Positions 33,195-41,894 of a stretch of 47,870 bases of DNA are shown in pieces. The notes under the pieces are model-generated. The model saw only the letters and a program-made list of their open reading frames with translations, searched no databases and had not been told where the DNA came from. Position numbers and translations under genes: made by a program. Every line of letters begins with the position of its first letter. Position 1 is the stretch's first letter. The DNA is from Candidatus Kaiserbacteria bacterium (GTDB lineage Bacteria > Patescibacteriota > Minisyncoccia > Phycocordibacterales > JABMNX01): NCBI GenBank assembly GCA_013204405.1, contig JABMNX010000035.1, positions 1 through 47,870 of the forward strand. Reading direction: 5' to 3'.

Positions 33195-34730
33195 CTACCG
33201 TGCAAACTCTACAGAACGAGATTCACGAATAACATTTACCTTAATTTCACCGGGATATTTGAGTTCGTTTTCTATTTGAAGTGCTATATCACGCGCCATT
33301 TTCTTTGCTTCTAAATCGGATACGTTTTCTGGTGTTACAAACACACGTATTTCACGTCCCGCTTGGATTGCATAGCTTTTTTCAACACCAGGGAAGTTCT
33401 TTGCGATAGCTTCAAGGTCTTCAAGTCGTTGAATGTAGTTCTCTAACGAGTCACGCCGTGCGCCAGGGCGTCCTCCTGAGATGGCGTCCGCAACCTGGAC
33501 AATAATAGACTCAGGAGTTTCGTATGGGTACTCTTCATGATGAGCGATAACCGCTTTTATAATTGCTTCATCTACTCCAAATTTTTGCAATATACGTTTT
33601 CCGATTTCGACGTGGGTCCCTTGTACTTCATGGTCAACAGCTTTTCCAATGTCGTGAAGCAGTGCTCCTGCTCGCGCAACGTATGGGTCAGCTCCGAGTT
33701 CTTCAGCAAGCATCCCAGCAATATGAGCCATCTCTATTGAGTGATACAGCACGTTTTGTCCGTAACTAGTACGGAAATGGAGTCGTCCGAGTATTGCAAT
33801 AACACGCGGGTCAAGATTATGCACACCTGATTCATATGCTGCCTGCTCACCTTTTTCTTTAATAGTTTTATTTATTTCATCTTTTGCTTTTTGTACGACC
33901 TCTTCAATTTTTGCTGGTTGGATTCGTCCGTCAATAATAAGGTTTTCAAGTGCGATACGTGCGACATGACGACGGATTGGGTCAAAAGAAGAGATTGTGA
34001 TGGTGTTTGGAGTGTCATCAATAATTACATCGACACCGGTTGCCCGTTCGAATGCTTTAATGTTACGTCCCTCTTTCCCAATGATTTTTCCTTTGACTTC
34101 GTCAGATGGAATCTTCACGGAAGTAGACATAATGTCATCAATGACTGAGTTTCCGAGTCGGTGAATTGACGAGGTAAGAATATCTTGTGCTTTTCGTTCA
34201 AACCGTTCTTTACCGTCAATCTCGAGTTTTTGAAGACGAATAAGTATATCTTCTTCAGATTGTTTTTCTACAAGGCCGAGGAGTTCCTTTTTTGCCTCAG
34301 CTTCACTAAGTCCAGCAATTTTACTTAGTTCAGCCTGGCGCTCTACAGTGAGCGCTTCCGCTTTTTCTTTAAACGCGCGGACTTCTTCAATCTTATTTTT
34401 AATATTCTCGACATCAGCATCTATATCCGTTTGTCGTTTATCAAGAAGATCCTCTTTTTTTATGAGACGATCTTCAGTTTTATTCAGCTGTGTGGTTTTT
34501 TCTTTTAACTCTGCTTTAAGAGCGTTAAGTGTCTCTTCGGCTTTTGCGTCAGCTTCCTGGGTGATGCGTTTTGCATCTTCTCGTGCTTCAAGCATCATTT
34601 GCTTGATTTCAAGTTCCATTGACCCTCGTCTTCCTAAGGAGTGGATCCAACGGAGGAAGTATCCAACTGCAATACCGATAAGTCCCGCGACTATGAGCAG
34701 AACTAGTATTACTTTTAATGACATATGCAA
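33195..34730 (-). CDS. rny: ribonuclease Y
   Basis: 511 aa. N-terminal TM helix, long coiled coil, KH domain (GKIIGKEGRNI), HD domain (LLHDIGKA). The start could be the second ATG, 6 nt in. Confidence 0.95.
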   Translation of the reverse strand: MHMSLKVILVLLIVAGLIGIAVGYFLRWIHSLGRRGSMELEIKQMMLEAREDAKRITQEADAKAEETLNALKAELKEKTTQLNKTEDRLIKKEDLLDKRQTDIDADVENIKNKIEEVRAFKEKAEALTVERQAELSKIAGLSEAEAKKELLGLVEKQSEEDILIRLQKLEIDGKERFERKAQDILTSSIHRLGNSVIDDIMSTSVKIPSDEVKGKIIGKEGRNIKAFERATGVDVIIDDTPNTITISSFDPIRRHVARIALENLIIDGRIQPAKIEEVVQKAKDEINKTIKEKGEQAAYESGVHNLDPRVIAILGRLHFRTSYGQNVLYHSIEMAHIAGMLAEELGADPYVARAGALLHDIGKAVDHEVQGTHVEIGKRILQKFGVDEAIIKAVIAHHEEYPYETPESIIVQVADAISGGRPGARRDSLENYIQRLEDLEAIAKNFPGVEKSYAIQAGREIRVFVTPENVSDLEAKKMARDIALQIENELKYPGEIKVNVIRESRSVEFAR

Positions 34731-34952
34731 GTAGAAACCTTGCTTTCTAGCTGTTTACGGATAGTTATGTAGTGTGTTCGATGTTGAAAAACATTGTTTA
34801 TGTAAGCCAATTTCAGCAGTTTTTTCGTCCAGAAACATCAGTAAATTAAGGTAAAAAGCTCAATTTCAGAATTAAATAACAAATAAAATACATTCTCAAT
34901 ATATCATGAGTTTTTACCGTTGTCTAATGAGCTAGGTTTTATGATAAAAAGT

Positions 34953-34982
34953 AAAAATCCAAGTTTTTATCTTGGATTTTTT
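34953..34982 (-). terminator. intrinsic terminator downstream of clpP
   Basis: aaaaatccaag-tttttat-cttggattttt: 11-bp stem with flanking A/T runs. Confidence 0.8.
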
Positions 34983-35013
34983 CCGTACATTTATTAGATT
35001 TAAGATTTTTAAC

Positions 35014-35610
35014 TTATTTCAATACTTCGTCGATGATGCCGTATTTTTTAGCTTCATCTGAACTCATAAAGTAGTCTCGGTCAGCGTCTTTTTCTATTTG
35101 GGAGACATTTTTCCCTGTATTTTTTGCTAAGATTTTATTGAGTCTCTCTCGTGTACCAAGGATATGTTTTGCAGTGATTTCAATGTCTGATGCCTGTCCC
35201 TGTGTTCCTCCCCATGGTTGGTGAATCATTACTTCTGCATTTGGGAGTGCAAATCGTTTCCCTTTTTTGCCTGCTGAGAGAAGTACTGCTCCCATTGATG
35301 CTGCCATTCCTACACATACAGTAGAAACATCCGGCTTTATATGATTCATAGTGTCGAGTATTGCGAGTCCATCTGAAACGCTTCCGCCTGGTGAGTTAAT
35401 ATAAAAAGAAATATCTTTCTTGGGGTCTTCTGAGTCGAGAAATAGAAGTTGAGCGATTACAAGATTTGCAGCATGGTCATCAATAGGACCAGCAAGGAAG
35501 ATAATACGTTCCTTTAATAGGCGTGAGTAAATATCATATGCACGTTCTCCTCCCTGTGATTTTTCAACCACCATCGGTACGAGCTGGTTTGTTATTTTAG
35601 AGTCTTTCAT
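35014..35610 (-). CDS. clpP: ATP-dependent Clp protease proteolytic subunit
   Basis: 198 aa. [26 protein letters not shown] (Ser), MIHQP (His) motifs. Confidence 0.95.
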   Translation of the reverse strand: MKDSKITNQLVPMVVEKSQGGERAYDIYSRLLKERIIFLAGPIDDHAANLVIAQLLFLDSEDPKKDISFYINSPGGSVSDGLAILDTMNHIKPDVSTVCVGMAASMGAVLLSAGKKGKRFALPNAEVMIHQPWGGTQGQASDIEITAKHILGTRERLNKILAKNTGKNVSQIEKDADRDYFMSSDEAKKYGIIDEVLK

Positions 35611-35722
35611 AGCCGATATAGTAACAGATTTTGATAAAGAGGCAATATTTTGATTTTAAGGATACTTTATGTATGATACATATAGTAGTAAGGAAGTTTC
35701 AAACAATTTTAGGAGACATGCC

Positions 35723-35917
35723 ATGTCTGAATTTTCAGGATATGAATTACCTCCACATCGGAAGAAAGTCTGGGTCGAACCATTTTTATGGAATCCTTTT
35801 TTAGTGAGGTGTGAAAAGGGTTTTGTGAAGAAGGGTGATAAAAAGATTGACGCACATTTCAGACTCACGGGTCTTTTTTTCTGGCGTCAGTGGAAACTTG
35901 TAAAGGTCGACGAATGA
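35723..35917 (+). CDS. possible 64-aa basic protein encoded antisense in the tig-clpP gap
   Basis: AGGAG 7 nt upstream of the ATG. MSEFSGYELPPHRKKVWVEPFLWNPF... No family recognised. Could be spurious. Confidence 0.3.
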   Translation: MSEFSGYELPPHRKKVWVEPFLWNPFLVRCEKGFVKKGDKKIDAHFRLTGLFFWRQWKLVKVDE

Positions 35918-35974
35918 CCAAAAAAACCTGTACAGACAACTCTAGTGGGCGGTGCCGCAAAGCATCGCCTCCTA

Positions 35975-37108
35975 TTATTTTTTCTCCTCTGTCTTTTCTT
36001 CCTCTAAGAACCTGAACACTGCCTCGTTAGTGAGTTGTGTTTCTACATACGTGTGTACATTTGAAGGATTAGCCTCCTTAAATTTTTCTAAAATAACATC
36101 CATTTGTCGGTGCACCTCGTCGTGGTCTGCTGTGATGTGTTCTTGTTTTGCAATTTTATTGAGAATAAGTTGGAGTTGTGCGCGTTTTTCAGCTTGCTCC
36201 TTCCACTCACTACGTAAGTCGTCCTCAGTCTTCTTAACATGAGTAAGATAATCTTCAAACTTCATATTCATACGAGCAACGTCGTCCTTCATCTGAGCAA
36301 CCATTTTATCAGTTTCACTTTCGGTAAGGATCTTAGGAAGAGTTATATCAGTTTTTTCAATTAATTCTTCTGAGAGGGTAATCCGTTTCTTTTCACGAGC
36401 CTTCTGTATCTTTTCCTGTGTTAAGTCTTCTCGAACACGAGCTTCAAAGTCCGCAACTGTTTTAAAGTCGCCGAGAGATGCTATAAAATCATCATCAAGT
36501 TCAGGTAGGTTTTCTTCCTCTCCTTCACTCACCTTTGTTTCCTCTGCTAGGTCAACGTCAGGATTTTCTGATTGATTCAATGCTTGTTTCTGTGCTTTTT
36601 CAAAGCGAGCTTTTCCACGACGGACTTCAGTAAGAACTCTTTCGACATCCGCATCAGTAACCTCAAGGTCATCTTTTGAGCCGTTATCTTTTTGTAGTAA
36701 ATCTTTCGCGACTTTTAGATAGTTAGGAAGGGTAAATTCTGGAAGTACCGCACTTTTAATTTTAAATCCAATAGGGTTACCAGCAGCAAGTTTGGTAATA
36801 GTAACTTGTGGAGCACCAATGACATCAAGATTCTTATCTTGCACGAGAGTAGGGTATATGTCTGCGAGAGCCATTTCGGCAACCTCCCCCATAATGTTTT
36901 GTTCTCCAATTTTTTCAACAAGTACTTTCTCAGGAACGTGACCTTTTCTAAAACCATCCATATGAGCATTTTCTCCGAGTTTTTTAAGAGCCTTTGCTCT
37001 ATATTGAGGAATAACTGAAGCAGGAACTTCACCCTCGATTTCGATTTCTGAGTTCTCTAAGTTGGTTACTGTTACGTTTTCGTATAGTTTTACTGTTTCT
37101 GTTGCCAT
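35975..37108 (-). CDS. tig: trigger factor lacking the PPIase domain
   Basis: 377 aa. N-terminal ribosome-binding signature GFRKGHVP. The C-terminal helical arm domain is present. The segment where the FKBP-type domain normally sits is only a ~40-aa acidic linker. Confidence 0.8.
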   Translation of the reverse strand: MATETVKLYENVTVTNLENSEIEIEGEVPASVIPQYRAKALKKLGENAHMDGFRKGHVPEKVLVEKIGEQNIMGEVAEMALADIYPTLVQDKNLDVIGAPQVTITKLAAGNPIGFKIKSAVLPEFTLPNYLKVAKDLLQKDNGSKDDLEVTDADVERVLTEVRRGKARFEKAQKQALNQSENPDVDLAEETKVSEGEEENLPELDDDFIASLGDFKTVADFEARVREDLTQEKIQKAREKKRITLSEELIEKTDITLPKILTESETDKMVAQMKDDVARMNMKFEDYLTHVKKTEDDLRSEWKEQAEKRAQLQLILNKIAKQEHITADHDEVHRQMDVILEKFKEANPSNVHTYVETQLTNEAVFRFLEEEKTEEKK

Positions 37109-37171
37109 GTTTAGTATGTGTTTACAAGATATTAAGTGTGCCCAGTCTACCCTGTGACTATTGTCTTGTCA

Positions 37172-37204
37172 AAACAAATGCCACGCAGTGCGTGGCATTT
37201 GTTT
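37172..37204 (-). terminator. intrinsic terminator between ORF 37227..37583 and tig
   Basis: aaacaaatgccacgc-agt-gcgtggcatttgttt: 15-bp perfect stem. Confidence 0.8.
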
Positions 37205-37226
37205 GCATTTATGAGCCTTGTGTTAT

Positions 37227-37583
37227 TTAGAGTTCGTTCAAAAGGTCGCTAAGTTCTGAGTCGAGGTTATCTAACCCAGTAGTGTTGAGGTCTGCTTCAA
37301 TGTCAGCTACTTCGTCTGAAGTTCCCTGTGAGTTTAGCTGGTTTACAATAGCGTCAACTTCTCCACCTGATTGGATAGTGGGGAGTTGGTCGCTTCCACG
37401 GTCTCGCCCAACTGCAGTACTCCAAAAGTAAATCCCTCCAGCAACAAGCACAATAATAATTATTGCGACTCCAATAAGAGAACCTGAAGAACTTCGTTCT
37501 TGTATTTCCTCTTGTGGAACTTGCGGAGCCTCTTCTTGAGGCGTCACTTCTTCCATAATTTCACTTTTGTTTTCTTCGTTCAT
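37227..37583 (-). CDS. single-pass membrane protein with acidic termini
   Basis: 118 aa. Acidic N-terminus, one TM helix (LIGVAIIIIVLVAGGIYFW), acidic C-terminal domain. Confidence 0.6.
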   Translation of the reverse strand: MNEENKSEIMEEVTPQEEAPQVPQEEIQERSSSGSLIGVAIIIIVLVAGGIYFWSTAVGRDRGSDQLPTIQSGGEVDAIVNQLNSQGTSDEVADIEADLNTTGLDNLDSELSDLLNEL

Positions 37584-37606
37584 AGATTTGTTACTTAAAG
37601 GTGTTA

Positions 37607-38428
37607 TTAATTTGTTTCTTGTTCGCTAGTCTCGTTCGTGTCTTGGCTGTCGGAGATACTGCTTTTCATTGCACGAATTGTTTGGATTAATGATGCGTGG
37701 GCATTACGCAAGTTTTCTTTTGCTTTCGTTAATTCAGAGACAACATTGCCAAACGAATCACGTGAAAGGTCAGCTGCGAGAGCTTCTCTAGCGTTCTCAA
37801 CTGAAGTTGCAATATTTTCTTTTGCTTTCTCAATGTCATTTTTTGCGTCTCCGATTAGGCGCCTTGATTCAGTCATATCAACTCCCCGTTCTTCAAGTTT
37901 TACAATTCTTGATTCAATCCGCTCGGAAAGCTGTAGTAGCCGTGAGATTGCTGCATCCATTTTCCTTTTTACATTGTTTAGAAAATTAGCTACACGTTCT
38001 TGTTTTTTTTCCTTTAATTCGGCCAAGCGTTCTTCGCTGTTCTCGTTTGTTTTTTTGTCTCGCAGTTCTTCGCGTGCCTCTCTTTTATTTCCATCATTTC
38101 GTAATTCGGTTTTGTTTTCTCGTTTTTTTTGAAGAACATTTCGTGCTTTTTCAAGAAACGTTTGAGGTTTATCATTTCTCTCTCCAGATTCGACTTGGGT
38201 ATTTCTTACTTCGACATCTTTAACTTCCCGCACCTCTTTAAATCGTACAGGTACTGGTGCTATTTTGGGAGCATCTACCGGACGTTCACTTCGTGCATCG
38301 TTAACATCCGTTGTTCCAGGACGAAGCTGGGTTGCTGTTTGGGCGAATGTTACGGATAGAGTTATTAAGAAGAAAACTATTGCAGTAATAATACTTACCA
38401 TACCGAATGATAGAAATGAATATTTCAT
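37607..38428 (-). CDS. secreted coiled-coil protein, unknown function
   Basis: Start moved to the internal ATG (MKYSFLSFGMVSIITAIVFF.., signal-like), because the longer ORF would overlap ppa. Lys/Glu/Arg-rich helical remainder. Confidence 0.65.
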   Translation of the reverse strand: MKYSFLSFGMVSIITAIVFFLITLSVTFAQTATQLRPGTTDVNDARSERPVDAPKIAPVPVRFKEVREVKDVEVRNTQVESGERNDKPQTFLEKARNVLQKKRENKTELRNDGNKREAREELRDKKTNENSEERLAELKEKKQERVANFLNNVKRKMDAAISRLLQLSERIESRIVKLEERGVDMTESRRLIGDAKNDIEKAKENIATSVENAREALAADLSRDSFGNVVSELTKAKENLRNAHASLIQTIRAMKSSISDSQDTNETSEQETN

Positions 38429-38528
38429 AGAATTTTTATAAATATATAATACTTCAAGTATAACAAAAAGAATGTTCCGATGGGAACATTCTTTTTGTTG
38501 ATAGTACAAACGCTTTATATAGGTGGTT

Positions 38529-39056
38529 TTAATCAGAAGGGAATTTCTCTTTATATAGTGTAATTGATTTCTCAAAATCAGACTGAGCAGCTGCTTTGTC
38601 TTTAAAACCTTTAACTTCTACTTCTTTGTTTTGGACTTTTTTATAGGTAGAAAAGAAGTGTTCAATTTCTTTAATGGTGTGCTTATTTATGTCACCGAGG
38701 TCCAATACCTCATCCCATCGAGGGTCCTTAATTGGAACTGCTATAATTTTATTGTCTGATTCTCCATCATCCATCATTTCCATCACAGCTACTGGTCGAA
38801 CGCGGACAAGTATTCCAGGAGCAAGTGGGTATGTAGTAAGAACGAGCACATCAAGTGCATCATTATCTTCCCACAAAGTCTTTGGAACAAAACCATAATC
38901 GAATGGGTAGTCTTGTGCTGTATGCATTGCTCTATCGAGGGCAATTAATCCAGTCTCTTTATCGATTTCGTATTTGTTTTTTGAGCCTTTTGGAATTTCA
39001 ATAATGACATTCATATCATCTTTAGTTCCTGGTTCAACATCGTGCCATAGATTCAT
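38529..39056 (-). CDS. ppa: inorganic pyrophosphatase (family I)
   Basis: 175 aa. IEIPKGSKNKYE, DYGFVP.T...DNDALDVLV motifs. Confidence 0.95.
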   Translation of the reverse strand: MNLWHDVEPGTKDDMNVIIEIPKGSKNKYEIDKETGLIALDRAMHTAQDYPFDYGFVPKTLWEDNDALDVLVLTTYPLAPGILVRVRPVAVMEMMDDGESDNKIIAVPIKDPRWDEVLDLGDINKHTIKEIEHFFSTYKKVQNKEVEVKGFKDKAAAQSDFEKSITLYKEKFPSD

Positions 39057-39079
39057 AATAACTAAATGTTAGTGAGTAA

Positions 39080-40411
39080 TTATTCCTCTTCCTCTTTTAG
39101 TTCTTCCTTTTTAGTATCATCGGTAGGTTTTTCAGGTTCCTCTGTTGTGCCCTCTTCCTTTGTTTCTTCTTGGGCAGTTTCGGCTGTTTCGGACTCTGGA
39201 GTCTCGGCTTCTTTAACAGTTTCTTCTTGTGTTTCAGTTATTTCCTCTGGTGTATCCTTAAGTTTTTCTTCCTCTTTGTTAATAGTAACACCAACTTCTT
39301 CTTTTTCTTCAGTAGTATCTCCACCAAGAGAGTGGATATCAATTCTCCAACCAGTAAGCTTTGCAGCAAGGCGTACATTCTGTCCACCCTTACCAATTGC
39401 AAGAGACTGTTGGTCTTCGGCTACTTCAACAGTGGCCTTTTGCTCTTCTTCGTCGATTTCAACATTAAGTACTTTTGCTGGAGAAAGCGCTTCCTCGATA
39501 AATTCTTTTGAATCTTCTGACCATTCAATAATATCGATTTTTTCTCCTCCAAGTTCTCCCATTACGGTAGCAACTCGAACTCCACGTTGCCCAACAAGTG
39601 AACCCACAGGGTCAATGTGTTCATCGTGTGAAACAACAGCAATTTTTGAACGAGAACCTGCTTCACGTGCGACCACTTTGATTTCAACTGCGCCTGACGC
39701 AAGTTCTGGGACCTCCATTTCAAAAAGCTTCTTAAGAAAATCAGGATGTGAACGAGACATTCGCAGAAATGTTCCGCGTTGGTTTTCTTCTACTGAGTAA
39801 AGATATGCGCGTAACCGTTCTCCTTGTCGGTACCGCTCTCCTGGAATTTGTTCTTCATACGGTAGGATTCCTGTTGCACGTCCGAGGTCAATAAACATGT
39901 TGCCTCTCTCGACTCGTTGTACTGTTCCTGTGATAATTTCTCCTTCACGTTCTCCGTATTCCTCTATAATAGAGACTTTTTCAGCTTCTCGTATCTTTTG
40001 AACAATAACTTGTTTTGCAGTTTGTGCTGCGATTCGTCCAAAGTCGTCTTTCATTTCAAGAGGAAATGAGATTTCACTATCGAGTTCCGCATCTTTTTTA
40101 ATACGTTTTGCATCTTCCATCATAATATGATGCTCTGGGTTAAATCGTGAGCGTACGTCGTCCTCATTCTCTGGCTCTTCTTCCTCACCTCGAACAAGTG
40201 TGTCATCAACGACAATTTTTACTTGAGAGAATTCAACATCTCCTGTATTTAAATCAAATGTAGCGCGGATAATTTGCCCACGTTTCCCGTATTCTTTTTT
40301 ATATGCAGTAGCAAGAGATGTTTCGATAGCGTCGATAATTTTTTCACGGGGAATGCCGCGCTCTTCTTCGAGTTGGTCTAGTACTGAGTGTATTACCTTT
40401 AAGTCAAACAT
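39080..40411 (-). CDS. nusA: transcription termination/antitermination factor NusA with acidic C-terminal tail
   Basis: 443 aa. N-terminal domain, S1 (GEIITGTVQRVERGNMFIDLG), two KH domains (GQRGVRV, IGKGGQNVRLA), ~80-aa Glu/Thr-rich tail. Confidence 0.95.
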   Translation of the reverse strand: MFDLKVIHSVLDQLEEERGIPREKIIDAIETSLATAYKKEYGKRGQIIRATFDLNTGDVEFSQVKIVVDDTLVRGEEEEPENEDDVRSRFNPEHHIMMEDAKRIKKDAELDSEISFPLEMKDDFGRIAAQTAKQVIVQKIREAEKVSIIEEYGEREGEIITGTVQRVERGNMFIDLGRATGILPYEEQIPGERYRQGERLRAYLYSVEENQRGTFLRMSRSHPDFLKKLFEMEVPELASGAVEIKVVAREAGSRSKIAVVSHDEHIDPVGSLVGQRGVRVATVMGELGGEKIDIIEWSEDSKEFIEEALSPAKVLNVEIDEEEQKATVEVAEDQQSLAIGKGGQNVRLAAKLTGWRIDIHSLGGDTTEEKEEVGVTINKEEEKLKDTPEEITETQEETVKEAETPESETAETAQEETKEEGTTEEPEKPTDDTKKEELKEEEE

Positions 40412-40576
40412 AATGGTGTATTTAATTGTGCTTTTAAAATATTTTTAAAAAAAATCGCCCGTTTCATAACGGACATCTGTACAAGTAATTTATCACAAAG
40501 AGTAAGCTTCGTCAACAATGCACAGAAATGTGCCTAAAACTCACATATGCTCGGGTGTAGTTTTTAGGGAAAGTTT

Positions 40577-40610
40577 AACCCCGTACGTTCGCAAGCGAAC
40601 GTACGGGGTT
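40577..40610. terminator. 34-bp near-perfect palindrome/hairpin between the small GC-rich ORF and nusA
   Basis: aaccccgtacgttcgc-aa-gcgaacgtacggggtt: 16-bp stem. Confidence 0.6.
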
Positions 40611-40647
40611 TAGCATTGGTGTTACCTTGACCGATTATCTGGGAGGT

Positions 40648-40821
40648 CTATCCACGACTCCACGACCGGCAGGCTAGGCACCCACAGTTTTCGGAGTGTC
40701 CAGGAGCAGGGCCGCGATCGATTTCATCGTCCTCGACCCACCCCAAGTCATCGCTCCACACAGTCTTTGTTCGCCCAGTTTTCTTCGGATACTTGCTTTC
40801 TTCGTCATCATCGTAGCTCAT
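40648..40821 (-). CDS. 57-aa acidic protein with C-terminal CxC..C motif, compositionally atypical
   Basis: AAAGGAG 6 nt upstream of the ATG. ~55% GC by my count against an AT-rich background. MSYDDDEESKYPKK...NCGCLACRSWSRG. Confidence 0.5.
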   Translation of the reverse strand: MSYDDDEESKYPKKTGRTKTVWSDDLGWVEDDEIDRGPAPGHSENCGCLACRSWSRG

Positions 40822-41016
40822 GTTAATCTCCTTTATTTTATGAAAGAACCAGACCATATATTTAGTCTCTCGTCTACATATCAAATATACGCTTTGGCGT
40901 GAGTTTGTACAAATTTATCCATCTTCTTGCTCTGAACACTGTATCATTCTTATTTAGAGCCATATATCAATAGTTATGATTTACAAAAAAAGTGTAATTT
41001 GATAGGATATTGGGTA

Positions 41017-41820
41017 ATGCATACAGGAGATATGGATATATTAGATTTAACAAAAATTGAGCAAAAAGTTCTCAAAGTGCTTCTTTCCGGCGAATCCCAG
41101 TCAGTTGCTGATATTCATAAAAAGTCAAAAGTTGGATATACGTCCGTAAAAGCAGTACTTATTCGTCTCCGCGAGCGTGGATTAGTTCAAAAACACCAGA
41201 AAGGTAAACGGTTTGAGTGGAAATTATCTGGTAGAAAAAAAATCAACCGGGAGATATCCGAAGTGTTGTCCTATACCCATTCTGGAGAAGTGATACTGGT
41301 CCCCGAAGAGAAGGCAATAGACTTCAATGAGGCACTCAACATACAACTCTTTTCTGGCTTAGATGACATGATAAAAATTATTAAAGAGTCATTTTCTCTA
41401 CATAAAGCAGAGCGACTTTTGGTGATAGAGAGCCGGTCGTCAACGATAGATATCCTAAAAAAAGTTCCCATAGATGTCATTAACACTGTTAACGAGGTTG
41501 CATATACACATCAAATTATTACTGAAGACATAATATCTGAAGGGGTACTTAATGAATTACGTTACCTCGTTGAAAAAGAACCGTCGTGGGCACCGAGCGC
41601 ACTTGGCCGCACATTTGATATGCGTGTAGTTTCAAGTGAGGTCCTTGATAACTTAAAAGGAAATTTAGCCATTTACCGTGACGTTGTTCTTATTACTGAT
41701 TGGGATAAAGAAACACTTATACGTATTAAGAATCGTGAGGCGGTAGAATTATTTACAATATTATTTCGTGCTCTTCAAGAAACAGGGAAAAAGATACACG
41801 TGAGTGAAGCGTTGAAATAA
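41017..41820 (+). CDS. winged-helix (MarR/TrmB-like) DNA-binding protein with unknown C-terminal domain
   Basis: The N-terminal ~70 aa (..LTKIEQKVLKVLLSGESQSVADIHKKSKVGYTSVKAVLIRLRERGLVQKH) look like a wHTH. Start uncertain (TTG 40999, ATG 41017 or 41032). Sits directly upstream of pilB. Confidence 0.6.
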   Translation: MHTGDMDILDLTKIEQKVLKVLLSGESQSVADIHKKSKVGYTSVKAVLIRLRERGLVQKHQKGKRFEWKLSGRKKINREISEVLSYTHSGEVILVPEEKAIDFNEALNIQLFSGLDDMIKIIKESFSLHKAERLLVIESRSSTIDILKKVPIDVINTVNEVAYTHQIITEDIISEGVLNELRYLVEKEPSWAPSALGRTFDMRVVSSEVLDNLKGNLAIYRDVVLITDWDKETLIRIKNREAVELFTILFRALQETGKKIHVSEALK

Positions 41821-41894
41821 TTTTTACTTTGAGTTTTCAACTATACGTGTGTAAACCTACACTCATAAACTGATATACTAAAAGTACTTCGAGT

